This document shows positions 16,582-25,043 of a DNA stretch of 29,467 nt, in pieces. The notes under the pieces are model-generated. The model worked only from the letters and a program-made list of their open reading frames with translations, was not told the origin of the DNA and made no database searches. How positions within the stretch are numbered: position 1 is the first letter of the stretch; each line of letters starts with the position of its first letter. The stretch lies in the IMG/VR virus record IMGVR_UViG_3300033067_000880, positions 1-29,467 of that record; one strand, written 5' to 3'. The DNA comes from a virus (Duplodnaviria; Caudoviricetes). A program made the position numbers and the translations under genes.

Positions 16582-17567
16582 GCCTCGGCCTCCCGCTTCA
16601 CGTCGTCGAACATGGTGGCGTCCTGTTGCTCGACTCCGCGTGCGATTGCCGCCTCGATATTCGCCACGGCTTGACGGTAGTACGCTGCCTTCAGCTCCAC
16701 GCCGATTCCGAACCGCCCGCACGAGACGGCCCCGTACACCTCGGAACCGACGCCAAGGAACGGCGTAAGCACCCGCTCGCCAGGATTCGACCACAGCTCT
16801 ACCGCCCGTTCAATCACGTCCAACTGGAGGGGGTGCATGTGCTTCTCGTCGTCGGGCTCGCGGCAATCGCGGAACGGCATCACGCGACCGATCCGCACGT
16901 CGTCCCAGAACGCCGATGCGTACTGGCGCCAGATCCAGTGAGAGTACCGATTCTCCGTCTGCTTGCCCGCCCATCCCTTGAATCGCAGAACGTCCGCCGG
17001 AATCTCTCGCTCGCCGGCGTAGCTCATCAGCCCATGATCGTGGGTCACAGGGATCGGGTTCTCGCCCTTCTTGCGAAACATGAGCAGGTAATCCGCCGAC
17101 GCCACGTCACAGAGCGACGAATCCTCGACCACCTGCCGGTGCGTCAAGCCCTTCGCCATCGTCCTATTTCGCACCCCGAGCGGTTCCTTCCAGACGTGGT
17201 AGCGGGCACAGTACGAGAACCCGAGCCGCCCGTGCATTCGGATGATGTCGCCCGGGAAGTCGGTGAGCCCGCCGCCAAGGTTCGCCCCGGCCTTGGGCAC
17301 GTCCATGCAATGAACCGCCGTGCAACGTCCCGGGAGCGTCAGCCGGTAAATCTCCTTCACGATGAACTCGTAGTGGTCGAAGAACTCGCCGTAGGTCCGG
17401 CAGTTGGACAGGTCCCGGTCAGACGATGAGTAGTTGTAGAGCCCGCAGAACGGAGGCGAGTAGACGCTCAGGTGAATCGACTCGTCGGGGAAGGTCGGCA
17501 GAACCTCGCACGAGTCTCCGTTGTAGATCGCGTACTTGTCGGTCACTTTTGAATCGGAGCAAGCCAT
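16578..17567 (-). CDS. DNA N4-cytosine/N6-adenine methyltransferase, beta class (329 aa)
   Basis: IYNGDS, catalytic SPPF near the N-terminus, KHMHPLQLDVIER, SAM-binding TPFLGVGSE and GVELKAAY near the C-terminus. Confidence 0.92.
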   Translation of the reverse strand: MACSDSKVTDKYAIYNGDSCEVLPTFPDESIHLSVYSPPFCGLYNYSSSDRDLSNCRTYGEFFDHYEFIVKEIYRLTLPGRCTAVHCMDVPKAGANLGGGLTDFPGDIIRMHGRLGFSYCARYHVWKEPLGVRNRTMAKGLTHRQVVEDSSLCDVASADYLLMFRKKGENPIPVTHDHGLMSYAGEREIPADVLRFKGWAGKQTENRYSHWIWRQYASAFWDDVRIGRVMPFRDCREPDDEKHMHPLQLDVIERAVELWSNPGERVLTPFLGVGSEVYGAVSCGRFGIGVELKAAYYRQAVANIEAAIARGVEQQDATMFDDVKREAEA

Positions 17568-18943
17568 GAGGGAACCTCTACTTTCTTGTTGAAGTTGTGA
17601 TCGGAGTTGATCGCCAGGGAGTTATTCATGTGTTCGACCAGCCGGGCAAACATCGCGTCGGCGGCATCGGCCTTGCGTTGCATGTTCGCCAGCACGCCCG
17701 CAGATCCTTCGCTGGTCACGATGTCTACGACGACTTTGCGTTTCTGTCCGAACCGCCAGGAGCGACGGACCGACTGGTAGTATTGCTCGAACGAGTGCGA
17801 CGGAAAGAATGTCTGGTGGGCGCAGTGCTGCCAGTTGAGCCCGAACCCGGCGAGTACCGGCTTGGTCACGAGCACCCGGAGCTGCCCGGACGCGAACGCC
17901 GCGAGTAATTCCTCTTTGCGTTCGTCGGAGTCGCCGCCCGAAAGTTGCTCGCTGTCGGCAACGAGCTTCTTCACGAGGTCGCCCTCTTCGTTGAGGTGAA
18001 CCCACGCGACCGCCGGTTTCTTGTGGTCAACCAGTGACGCGACCATCTCGCACCGCTCTTGAATCGTCCTCCGCCGCTCCTCCCGCTGTTCGGGCAGTGA
18101 GATAGCCGGAAGGTCGAAGAGCATCCCGCTCGCCGCACGCCGGGCGGTAACGACGTGCTCTCTGGTCGTGATTGGCGGGAGTACAAACTTGCCGTCGTCG
18201 AACCCAAGGTCGGAAGGCTTGCGGATCGCACGCGACCACGAGCAGACCCACCTCCAAAAGTCCTTCTCGGCGTGCCCACGCATTTTGTACTGGGTGCGTC
18301 CCCATCCGAGATGGTCCTTCCCGGTTTCCTTGCGAAAGAACTTGGACACCATGTCCTGAAAACCCATCTCGCCAAGGGCTTCGGACAGGTTGCCCAGTTC
18401 GACGTAATCGTTGGGCGCCGCCGTCGCCGTGCAGAGCAGCCGATAGAGAATCGTCCGCATGAACTCGACAACCAGGTCCCGCGTCGAGCCGTCGAAGTTC
18501 TTGAGGATTGATGCCTCGTCGCACACGACGCCCGCCCAGTCGTCGGGCGAGAACTTGTGGAGCTGCTGGTAGTTCGTGACGTAGACGCCGACCGATGGTT
18601 TCTCTTTTGGGTTGGCCTTGTGGACTTCGATGCCAAACTTCTCGCCCTCGGATCGCGTTTGCGGACCAACCGCGAGAGGCGTCAGAATCAGGACCGGGCG
18701 ATTCGTGTGGCGGACAACCGCGTCGGCCCATGCCAATTGGATAGGTGTTTTTCCAAGACCACAATCTGCGACTACGGCCGCCCTGCCCTTGCGGATGGAC
18801 CAGTCGAAGAGGTGCCCTTGGAACGGGAACAGAAACTCGGGGGTCGACTTGGGCTCGAAGCCGCTCATGCCGCCGATCTGGGCGCGTTTCGATAGAAAGG
18901 CGTTGTAGTCCGCGAGCGAGTTTGGTGAGAGCGTCAGTTCCAT
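17543..18943 (-). CDS. Superfamily II (SNF2-like) helicase (466 aa)
   Basis: DCGLGKT, VVCDEAS, TAT..PND, GFGLNWQ and QSVRRSWRFGQ motifs. Confidence 0.92.
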   Translation of the reverse strand: MELTLSPNSLADYNAFLSKRAQIGGMSGFEPKSTPEFLFPFQGHLFDWSIRKGRAAVVADCGLGKTPIQLAWADAVVRHTNRPVLILTPLAVGPQTRSEGEKFGIEVHKANPKEKPSVGVYVTNYQQLHKFSPDDWAGVVCDEASILKNFDGSTRDLVVEFMRTILYRLLCTATAAPNDYVELGNLSEALGEMGFQDMVSKFFRKETGKDHLGWGRTQYKMRGHAEKDFWRWVCSWSRAIRKPSDLGFDDGKFVLPPITTREHVVTARRAASGMLFDLPAISLPEQREERRRTIQERCEMVASLVDHKKPAVAWVHLNEEGDLVKKLVADSEQLSGGDSDERKEELLAAFASGQLRVLVTKPVLAGFGLNWQHCAHQTFFPSHSFEQYYQSVRRSWRFGQKRKVVVDIVTSEGSAGVLANMQRKADAADAMFARLVEHMNNSLAINSDHNFNKKVEVPSWLAPIQK

Positions 18944-18944
18944 T

Positions 18945-19220
18945 TCAGTCCTTTCCGATCGTCGGCACGATTGGGAGTTTCGCGTTCCAGTGAATCGCCA
19001 TCGGGGCGAGCTTTGGGGCGTTCTGTGAGTTCCATTCGGCGCGGGCCGCTTTCTGTGCCACGATCAGATTGGCGTCTTTGGTCGTCGAGTGGTCATACCC
19101 GATGTGCAACAGGAGCTTGCGAATCCGATCCTCCGTGATCGCCTCCGGGTCCAACCCCAGGCAGTAGCATTCCCAGCGGATCAATCCGAAGAGTCCCGGG
19201 CCACGGTCGGAGTAGTTCAT
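18945..19220 (-). CDS. Hypothetical protein (91 aa)
   Basis: AGGGAGG RBS before MNYSDRGPG. Confidence 0.55.
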   Translation of the reverse strand: MNYSDRGPGLFGLIRWECYCLGLDPEAITEDRIRKLLLHIGYDHSTTKDANLIVAQKAARAEWNSQNAPKLAPMAIHWNAKLPIVPTIGKD

Positions 19221-19315
19221 GCTGCCTCCCTGTAAGCGTCCACGAATTGCCGGATGATGAGCGGGATGCCGACGAGCCCGGCGACGACGACGGCTAGGAA
19301 AGAGAGTTGGTTCAT
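19217..19315 (-). CDS. 32-aa single-pass membrane peptide
   Basis: MNQLSFLAVVVAGLVGIPLIIRQFVDAYREAA; ATGA overlaps at both ends; below the ORF-track length cutoff. Confidence 0.65.
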   Translation of the reverse strand: MNQLSFLAVVVAGLVGIPLIIRQFVDAYREAA

Positions 19316-19536
19316 CGTTCATCCTTCCTGAATGCTTTGAGTTCCGCACGACGATCCGCCGCGCGTATCTGGTCCTTCCCTGTCGGCGGTTGCGCCGCCG
19401 CGATCTTCTCCCATGCCCGTGCTTCCAAGAATGCTTCCTGTGCTGTCAGCTTGCGCGGACCAGTTCGCTTGTGACACTCCGCGGCAATCTCCGCGTCCGA
19501 GACTTTGTGCCAACCGGGCTTTGGTGCTCGCTTCAT
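19312..19536 (-). CDS. Hypothetical basic protein (74 aa)
   Basis: MKRAPKPGW...; GGAG RBS; ATGA overlaps. Confidence 0.55.
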   Translation of the reverse strand: MKRAPKPGWHKVSDAEIAAECHKRTGPRKLTAQEAFLEARAWEKIAAAQPPTGKDQIRAADRRAELKAFRKDER

Positions 19537-20201
19537 CGTCCAGTCTCCACCCGATGCTTTATCGCCGCCCATCGTGCCAGGAGAATCGCATCGGCAACAT
19601 TCTCGGCGCGAGACTTTCCAACGTGCTCCACGATGTCCATGCCCGTCATCATGTTCGCCATCGCTATTCGGTTCGGCTTGCCCTTGCCGCCGGTCTTGAT
19701 GCCGCCGGACCACAGCGTAGCGGAGGGGCAGTAGAGCTTCGCATACACCGGCCTGTGCGGATGCTGGAACTCGCACTTGATGCACGACGCCACCGCCCCG
19801 CAGACGACGCCGTAGCCCGGCAAGTGGGCGGAACTTCTGGCCTCTTTCACGCCGCCCATTTGTGTCATCGGCATTTCGACGGCGCACACCTGTAACCGAA
19901 TGGACACGTCGTAGGATGCCATATCTGCGAGCACACTCGCCTCCATGGCCTCCATGGCGCACGCTTCGGATATCGCCATCGCCCGTTCCCACAGATCGTC
20001 TTTGCCCGCCTTGTCGGGCGGCTCGATGTACCCGAACCGCCGCAACGCGATTTGAGGCATCCGCCCATCGTCCCAGACATCGCAGAGAGCGAAGCCCGTA
20101 CACGTCAAACTCGGATCGAACGCCAGGGACCGGATCGCACCGCGAGGAATCGGCGGTAGCGTCTCGGAGGTCTTGATCGTCTGGTGGTTGAGGGACTTCA
20201 C
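19533..20201 (-). CDS. RuvC-like Holliday junction resolvase (222 aa)
   Basis: LAFDPSLTCTGFA, AVEMP and ENVADAILLA acidic catalytic motifs; GTGA overlap start. Confidence 0.85.
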   Translation of the reverse strand: MKSLNHQTIKTSETLPPIPRGAIRSLAFDPSLTCTGFALCDVWDDGRMPQIALRRFGYIEPPDKAGKDDLWERAMAISEACAMEAMEASVLADMASYDVSIRLQVCAVEMPMTQMGGVKEARSSAHLPGYGVVCGAVASCIKCEFQHPHRPVYAKLYCPSATLWSGGIKTGGKGKPNRIAMANMMTGMDIVEHVGKSRAENVADAILLARWAAIKHRVETGR

Positions 20202-20419
20202 TTCGTCTCTCCAATCTCCAGTGAGAGCCCGACCGCCGCGAGTACACGCGAGAGCGATTCGAGCCCGAATGATTTCTGTCCGCTCAGCCACCGCGAAAGG
20301 TTCGGACGCGAGACGCCCGCGAGCCGTGCGATTGCCGCGTCGGACTCTTTGAGGAAGTCGATGCGTGCGCGGACCTTGACCCGGAGTGCCGCCTCGTCGA
20401 TGTTGCGGGTTTGTTTCAT
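20198..20419 (-). CDS. XRE/Cro-type HTH DNA-binding protein (73 aa)
   Basis: SDAAIARLAGVSRPNLSRWLSGQK...LESLSRVLAAVGL. Confidence 0.85.
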   Translation of the reverse strand: MKQTRNIDEAALRVKVRARIDFLKESDAAIARLAGVSRPNLSRWLSGQKSFGLESLSRVLAAVGLSLEIGETK

Positions 20420-20856
20420 GCCTGCGCCTTCTGTGCCGCCAGTTTCGACTGCGCGAGAATGTCGTCTGGCACCTCAAAGAATCCCTGCGAGCCCTTGAAT
20501 CCGATCGGCAACGGGAGCGGGATGATGCCCTCCAGAATCCACCCATACCGCCCCTCGGCGTAGTCTCCATACAGACGTTCCACCGCCGTCAGTTCGCAGC
20601 TCGCGACAAGATCGCCTGTTCTCTTCACGCCGACAAGCCGAGCAACCGCGACGATCGCGCCGAACGGGAGACGCCCGGGGAGTCTGCCGAATGCCCGCTC
20701 GGTCATCGCAAACTCCTGTTGTCCCGCGTCCCATCGCTTCGCCGCGTGAATCGCAATCGGCCCGCGATAGTTTGTGGACCAACTCCGCGTCTCGATCCGC
20801 TTGTGCCCGAGTGCGATCGCCGATGCCCAGGGTTGCCACAGGGATATGCACTTCAT
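20416..20856 (-). CDS. ASCH domain protein (146 aa)
   Basis: ISLWQPWA...GHKRIETRSW..YRGPIAIHAAK...KGSQGFF signature. Confidence 0.9.
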   Translation of the reverse strand: MKCISLWQPWASAIALGHKRIETRSWSTNYRGPIAIHAAKRWDAGQQEFAMTERAFGRLPGRLPFGAIVAVARLVGVKRTGDLVASCELTAVERLYGDYAEGRYGWILEGIIPLPLPIGFKGSQGFFEVPDDILAQSKLAAQKAQA

Positions 20857-21266
20857 CGCCTTCCTCCAATCATCGCCAACTGATCGACGCACAGGAGGAG
20901 CGTCGTCATCGGCTCGGTGTATCGGTCCAATGCGAACCACTCGGGGGCCACGCACGCCTCCGCGTCTCGAAAGAGCACGCGACAGAATCCAGGTATGTCA
21001 GAGTTCCGGTTCGCTCCCTCCGGGTAGTGCTCGACCATGATGCACGCACGCCCGTCGAGCTTCTTGCCCATCCGCTCGGGCACGGACGCGAGGTACTTCC
21101 ACACTTGTTCCGCCGCGTTCGTCACGCTCATTCCGCGATTGTCCCGATGCTCGATCGCCACGAGCGCGACCGTCTCATTGTCCTCGAATCGAGCATGGCC
21201 GAACTTCACCGTTTGCCCGTTCGAGTCCGTCACTTCCGCAAAGCCGCTTGACACCATCTGCATCAT
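20853..21266 (-). CDS. Hypothetical protein (137 aa)
   Basis: DNRGMSVTNAAE and VEHYP motifs; GGAGG RBS, ATGA overlaps. Confidence 0.6.
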   Translation of the reverse strand: MMQMVSSGFAEVTDSNGQTVKFGHARFEDNETVALVAIEHRDNRGMSVTNAAEQVWKYLASVPERMGKKLDGRACIMVEHYPEGANRNSDIPGFCRVLFRDAEACVAPEWFALDRYTEPMTTLLLCVDQLAMIGGRR

Positions 21267-21505
21267 TGAAGTCCTCCGACTCTGGGCGGCAACGTCGAGT
21301 TGTTCGCCCGAACCCATGCCTGTCTCGCTCCGTCGTCCATTTGCGCCAGTCGCAACGCTGTCGACGTACACACGCGACAGGGGCGAGTACCCGCCTGTGC
21401 CTTCGTCTCTTGGAATGACGCGAGCACCTTGAACACCCTGCATGCTGGGCATTTGTAGAATGTCTGCCCGTCGCATTTCTTCGTGACCGCCACCGTGCCG
21501 CTCAT
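21263..21505 (-). CDS. Small Zn-ribbon protein (80 aa)
   Basis: CPAC...CRVC; GGAG RBS, ATGA overlap. Confidence 0.55.
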   Translation of the reverse strand: MSGTVAVTKKCDGQTFYKCPACRVFKVLASFQETKAQAGTRPCRVCTSTALRLAQMDDGARQAWVRANNSTLPPRVGGLQ

Positions 21506-21876
21506 GTCTCCGCCTTTCTCGCCATCCATGTCGCCGCCGTTCGTCCCGTGATCCGGCACGCTCGCGCCGGGCCCCTCGTCACCTTGCCCACCCGTTCCAG
21601 CTCAGGCAGTCTCCGGGCCAGGTCGTATCGCCCGACGCCCGATGCCGCCGCAATCTCGCTCGAAGTCTGCCCGCCGTGCGCCTCGACTGCCGCGAGGGCT
21701 TCGGCCTGTTGACGCCCCAAGGTCCCGTCCGCGACGATCGCCCGTGCTGCCTCATGCGACGGTGCCGGGTCCTGCCGCCGCGCGAGAATGTGCGAGGCCT
21801 GGAGGTCGAAGAGGGATTGAGTCTCATTCCGTTTCAACGTCCGCCTTTGGTGTTTCGCCCAGTGCGTGCCGCTCAT
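21502..21876 (-). CDS. Winged-helix DNA-binding phage protein (124 aa)
   Basis: ARRQDPAPSHEAA followed by GQTSSEIAAASG..RRLPELERVGKV. Confidence 0.75.
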   Translation of the reverse strand: MSGTHWAKHQRRTLKRNETQSLFDLQASHILARRQDPAPSHEAARAIVADGTLGRQQAEALAAVEAHGGQTSSEIAAASGVGRYDLARRLPELERVGKVTRGPARACRITGRTAATWMARKAET

Positions 21877-22258
21877 TTTCCGCGTCGGCCTCGGCCGCCA
21901 TTTCGCAAAGACGCTGCCCCATCGTTCTCGCCTCGTGCGGCTCGATGAATTGCTCGGCGATTACGTGCGTCCCGTGAACTGGGCACACCTTCACGACTCG
22001 CAGGCCGACCATCGCGCCGGGCGCAACCTCGCCGGGCCTCGTACTTACCGCGAGCACTCCAAAGCATGTCTCGGCCATTCGCCTGCCTCCATTCGTCATC
22101 GCCCACGTCGCGAGCACCGCGCCCGCAATCGCCACCGCCCCGCAAAGGCCGACGACAGGATCGAATCCCGACTCGCCGGCCAGAACCACCATCGCCCCGA
22201 CGCAGGCCGCTAAGCCCACGCCGTAGACGCTCCACCGGACCACGCCGCGACGGGTCAC
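21824..22258 (-). CDS. Hypothetical protein with two N-terminal TM helices (~144 aa); possibly two fused genes
   Basis: GTGA overlap start; internal GGAGG-N7-ATG at 22078 (MAETCF). Confidence 0.45.
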   Translation of the reverse strand: MTRRGVVRWSVYGVGLAACVGAMVVLAGESGFDPVVGLCGAVAIAGAVLATWAMTNGGRRMAETCFGVLAVSTRPGEVAPGAMVGLRVVKVCPVHGTHVIAEQFIEPHEARTMGQRLCEMAAEADAENERHALGETPKADVETE

Positions 22259-22671
22259 GTTTCCCTCTTCGCTTGCCATGCCACTCCGTCCGCAACGTGA
22301 TCGGACAACTTCTCGACCATCGGCAGCACGCGGTACGGGTCCACGCCGCACGCCCGCGCCATCATCACAAGGCTTGTGTGGGCGACGATCATGCACGCAA
22401 CGGCGCCGGCAATGGCCTTTGTCTCCTCCGGGGCTGCCTCTTTGCACAAGATCATCCCGGCCGCGAGCCTCCCGGATTCCTCAGCCTTCGCCTTGACCAT
22501 AATCCCCTGGTTTACACCGTGGGTCTGATCGGCTGCCGAGATTGCCGCGTCCGTCGCGCCGCGAAGGAACAGAACCGACGCGGTTATGCCCATCGCCATG
22601 AGGCCGCAGGCGAGTTCGTTCGCCCGTCCGTTCTGTGCCTCGATCACCAACATCGATTCAATGCCGCTCAT
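22255..22671 (-). CDS. Hypothetical helical protein (138 aa)
   Basis: AAGGAG RBS; ATGA overlap with the csrA stop. Confidence 0.6.
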   Translation of the reverse strand: MSGIESMLVIEAQNGRANELACGLMAMGITASVLFLRGATDAAISAADQTHGVNQGIMVKAKAEESGRLAAGMILCKEAAPEETKAIAGAVACMIVAHTSLVMMARACGVDPYRVLPMVEKLSDHVADGVAWQAKRET

Positions 22672-22865
22672 GGGTTCTCCTTCGCCTTGCTCGCCATCAC
22701 CAGGTCGTAAATCTCCGCTCGGTGAATCTCAAACTCTCGCGGGAAGTCGAAGGCGAGCCCGATCCGCCCGTCCTTCTTGCTCCGCGTCACCTTCACCGTG
22801 CCAATCTTCCCGCTCTTGTCGCCAATCACCACCGACTCGCCGATCTTCCGCGTCAGTACAAGCAT
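22668..22865 (-). CDS. csrA: Carbon storage regulator CsrA/RsmA-family RNA-binding protein (65 aa)
   Basis: MLVLTRKIGESVVIGD...IGLAFDFPREFEIHRAEIY matches the CsrA signature, including the conserved Arg of HRxE; AAGGAGG RBS. Confidence 0.9.
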   Translation of the reverse strand: MLVLTRKIGESVVIGDKSGKIGTVKVTRSKKDGRIGLAFDFPREFEIHRAEIYDLVMASKAKENP

Positions 22866-22933
22866 CGAAAGCCTCCTTGCTCTTGAAAGCGTCCGGCGCG
22901 GGACACACTCCCGACGCCGGGCCGCTCTGGTTC

Positions 22934-23983
22934 CTACTTCTCGTGCGCCACCCGGATCTGATTGAGCTTCGCATCCGCGCCGTCGCAGAAGTCAATCCAG
23001 GCATCGACGTTCGCCGCCGCGAGCCCGACGATCGCGTCCCGCACGCCGTACGTCCCCTCGGCATCCGCTTCCGCCGCCGCCGTCAGGATCTCACGCACGC
23101 CGCTCCACAGGTCATGGTTCGCGTGATCGGGAAGGGCTTCGATCGCCTGTTTCCGATCCGCGGCGTTCGTCCACCACATCTTCATCTTGGCGAGCAGCAT
23201 CGACGGGGAACGACAATCGGCCTCGTGCAAAGACTCGATCCACTTCGCCACCGTCTTCGGGAGCTTCGCGTTCCATGCGGGCGTGTTGAGGTGCGCCCAC
23301 CACGAGAGAGCCGCCGCTCCCGCCGTGACGGGTCCGCCCTGGATGATCGCGGGAACCTCTTGGCCCGCGTCGTCCTTCACCGTCTGGGAGCCCGCGATCG
23401 TGGACGGCGACAACGGATCGGCCGGACCGGCGACGACTTTCTCCGTGTGCTTCCCCTTGGGCTTTCCCGGCGTGCTCACGTCGTAGAGGGAATCCAGCCC
23501 GTCCTCGTGTTCGCCCTTGGATTGTTCGGCCAGCTCGAACAGGTTTCCGCCGACCGTCTCGATGATGAGCCGGTGAACATCGACGACGACGCCCTTCAAG
23601 GTTTGCTTCATCGAGTCCGACTCGCGGACCGCGTGAACGAGCTGCACCGCCAGCGTCCGCTCCTCGTTCGATGCGATGCCCTTCTCGTCCAGGGCCGTGC
23701 GAATGACCTTCAGGGTTTCTTTGAGGCCAGACAGCCGCGAGGCGCATGAGTTGTGCATCTCGACCAGGGCCACGAGCCGCTTGCACGTCACGAGCGAGAA
23801 CGGCTTGCCCATCGACTCACTGAGAGCGACGGGCTTTGTGCCGCCTTTGACCTTTGGCGCGGTTTCGGCCACCGTCTTTGCCGACTTTGGGGCCTTCGCG
23901 GGCCGGGGCTCTTTCGCTTCCGGCTTGGCCGCTGGTTTCTGTGCCGCTTTCTTGGCCGACTTCTTCGACACCTTCTTTGTCAT
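22934..23983 (-). CDS. Hypothetical protein with histone H1-like K/A/P-rich N-terminus (349 aa)
   Basis: MTKKVSKKSAKKAAQKPAAKPEAK..., then coiled and helical domains. Confidence 0.7.
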   Translation of the reverse strand: MTKKVSKKSAKKAAQKPAAKPEAKEPRPAKAPKSAKTVAETAPKVKGGTKPVALSESMGKPFSLVTCKRLVALVEMHNSCASRLSGLKETLKVIRTALDEKGIASNEERTLAVQLVHAVRESDSMKQTLKGVVVDVHRLIIETVGGNLFELAEQSKGEHEDGLDSLYDVSTPGKPKGKHTEKVVAGPADPLSPSTIAGSQTVKDDAGQEVPAIIQGGPVTAGAAALSWWAHLNTPAWNAKLPKTVAKWIESLHEADCRSPSMLLAKMKMWWTNAADRKQAIEALPDHANHDLWSGVREILTAAAEADAEGTYGVRDAIVGLAAANVDAWIDFCDGADAKLNQIRVAHEK

Positions 23984-24287
23984 CGTCTACGCCTTTCAAT
24001 CCGAGTGTCCGAGCATGGTCCGCCGCAAGTTCGCTTGCGACGGTTTCGCCAGAGGGGGTCAACATCAATCCGCCGTGTTTGTGCTCCGCGATGTAGCCCG
24101 CCGCTACGCATTCGTCCAGAGCCTTGTTCCAACCAGGCCCGATGAGAATCGGCAATTCGTCGGGCGACGGGAACACCTCAAACTCCGCGAACGTCACGAG
24201 CAGGGCTTGCATGTCGCGGACAAGATCGCCCGATGGAGTTGTCAAGCCGGGGTCGTCGGGTTCGAGTTGAGGGGGGACGTTTTGCAT
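23817..24287 (-). CDS. Hypothetical protein, possible winged helix (156 aa)
   Basis: GGAG RBS; KALDECVAAGYI...LMLTPSG wing-like motif; C-terminus overlaps the next gene by 167 bp. Confidence 0.5.
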   Translation of the reverse strand: MQNVPPQLEPDDPGLTTPSGDLVRDMQALLVTFAEFEVFPSPDELPILIGPGWNKALDECVAAGYIAEHKHGGLMLTPSGETVASELAADHARTLGLKGVDDDKEGVEEVGQESGTETSGQAGSERAPAREGPKVGKDGGRNRAKGQRRHKARRSQ

Positions 24288-24290
24288 GGG

Positions 24291-25016
24291 TCACTCCGCC
24301 GCAACGGGTTCGAGGCTCACGCCGCGATCTTTGGCCCAATCCTTGATCCACTCGCAAATCACGAGCACATGCGCCGAGTTCTTGGGCGTCATGCCTGGGC
24401 GAATCGGCATAAACAGTTGTTCGGCTGGCCTGTTCGCATCGCGGGGGAGGAACGGGCTCCCGTGCATTCGCTCCAGGGTGCCAACCAGACATGCGCATTC
24501 GCCGTCGTAACACGAGCCGTTCACCTTGCCTATCTGGAGTGCCGCAAGCAGTCCGGGCGTCTCGGCCTTGGCAGAATCCAGAACCACGATCAGATCGTCT
24601 CGGTTTGAGTAAGTCATCGGTGCGGATGCGGGTCCGACCCAAGAACCCCTCACGTCGATGGAGGGCTTGCTCAAATCCCACACGTCGATGGAGGGCGTGC
24701 TCGAATCCCACACGTCGATGGAGGGCTTGCTCGAACCCCTCACGTCGATGGAGGGCTTGCTCGAATCCCTCACGGCAATGGAGGGCGTGCTCGAACCCCT
24801 CACGACGATGAAGGGCGTGCTCGAATCCATCACGGCAATGGAGGGCGTGCTCGAACCCCTCACGACGATGAAGGGCGTGCTTTCCAACACGAGCACCCGG
24901 GGCGAGCCGCTGGTAATTGTGAATAGGACCGCCGCGCCGAGCACGATGATCTTGCCCGTTGGGATTGCCGCGTCAAACTCGATCTGGGTTCGCACGATGA
25001 TTCGATCTTCGCTCAT
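24291..25016 (-). CDS. Decapeptide-repeat protein with GECACLVGT-type C-terminal domain (241 aa)
   Basis: 8 x S[TK]P[SF]IxVx[GD]S followed by GSCYDGECACLVGT...RPAEQLF..I.PG.TP; GAGGA RBS. Confidence 0.75.
   Translation of the reverse strand: MSEDRIIVRTQIEFDAAIPTGKIIVLGAAVLFTITSGSPRVLVLESTPFIVVRGSSTPSIAVMDSSTPFIVVRGSSTPSIAVRDSSKPSIDVRGSSKPSIDVWDSSTPSIDVWDLSKPSIDVRGSWVGPASAPMTYSNRDDLIVVLDSAKAETPGLLAALQIGKVNGSCYDGECACLVGTLERMHGSPFLPRDANRPAEQLFMPIRPGMTPKNSAHVLVICEWIKDWAKDRGVSLEPVAAE
24641..24880. repeat. Coding tandem repeat, 8 x 30 bp
   Basis: Consensus TCGAA[CT]CCCTCACG[TGA]CGATGGAGGGC[GT]TGC with no spacers; units 5-6 are duplicated as 7-8. Confidence 0.95.
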
Positions 25017-25043
25017 TGGGTGGTCCTCTGTTTCGGTTCGCAT

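Noticed and set aside
16578-18943. Type III restriction-modification or DISARM-type defence system
   Set aside because: No nuclease domain or other defence partners are recognisable; the pair lies within a coupled phage early operon
19533-20201. RuvC domain as a TnpB/Cas12-like or transposase nuclease
   Set aside because: Only 222 aa, no Zn finger or REC/WED region, no IS ends; fits a stand-alone phage resolvase
24701-24870. tRNA T-arm-like strings (GGTTCGA, TCGAATCCC) in the tandem repeat
   Set aside because: No cloverleaf, D-arm or anticodon arm; explained by Gly/Asp-Ser-Ser codons
24641-24880. Possible CRISPR array or DGR template/variable repeats
   Set aside because: Units are contiguous with no spacers, in frame within a CDS, and no cas or reverse transcriptase gene is visible
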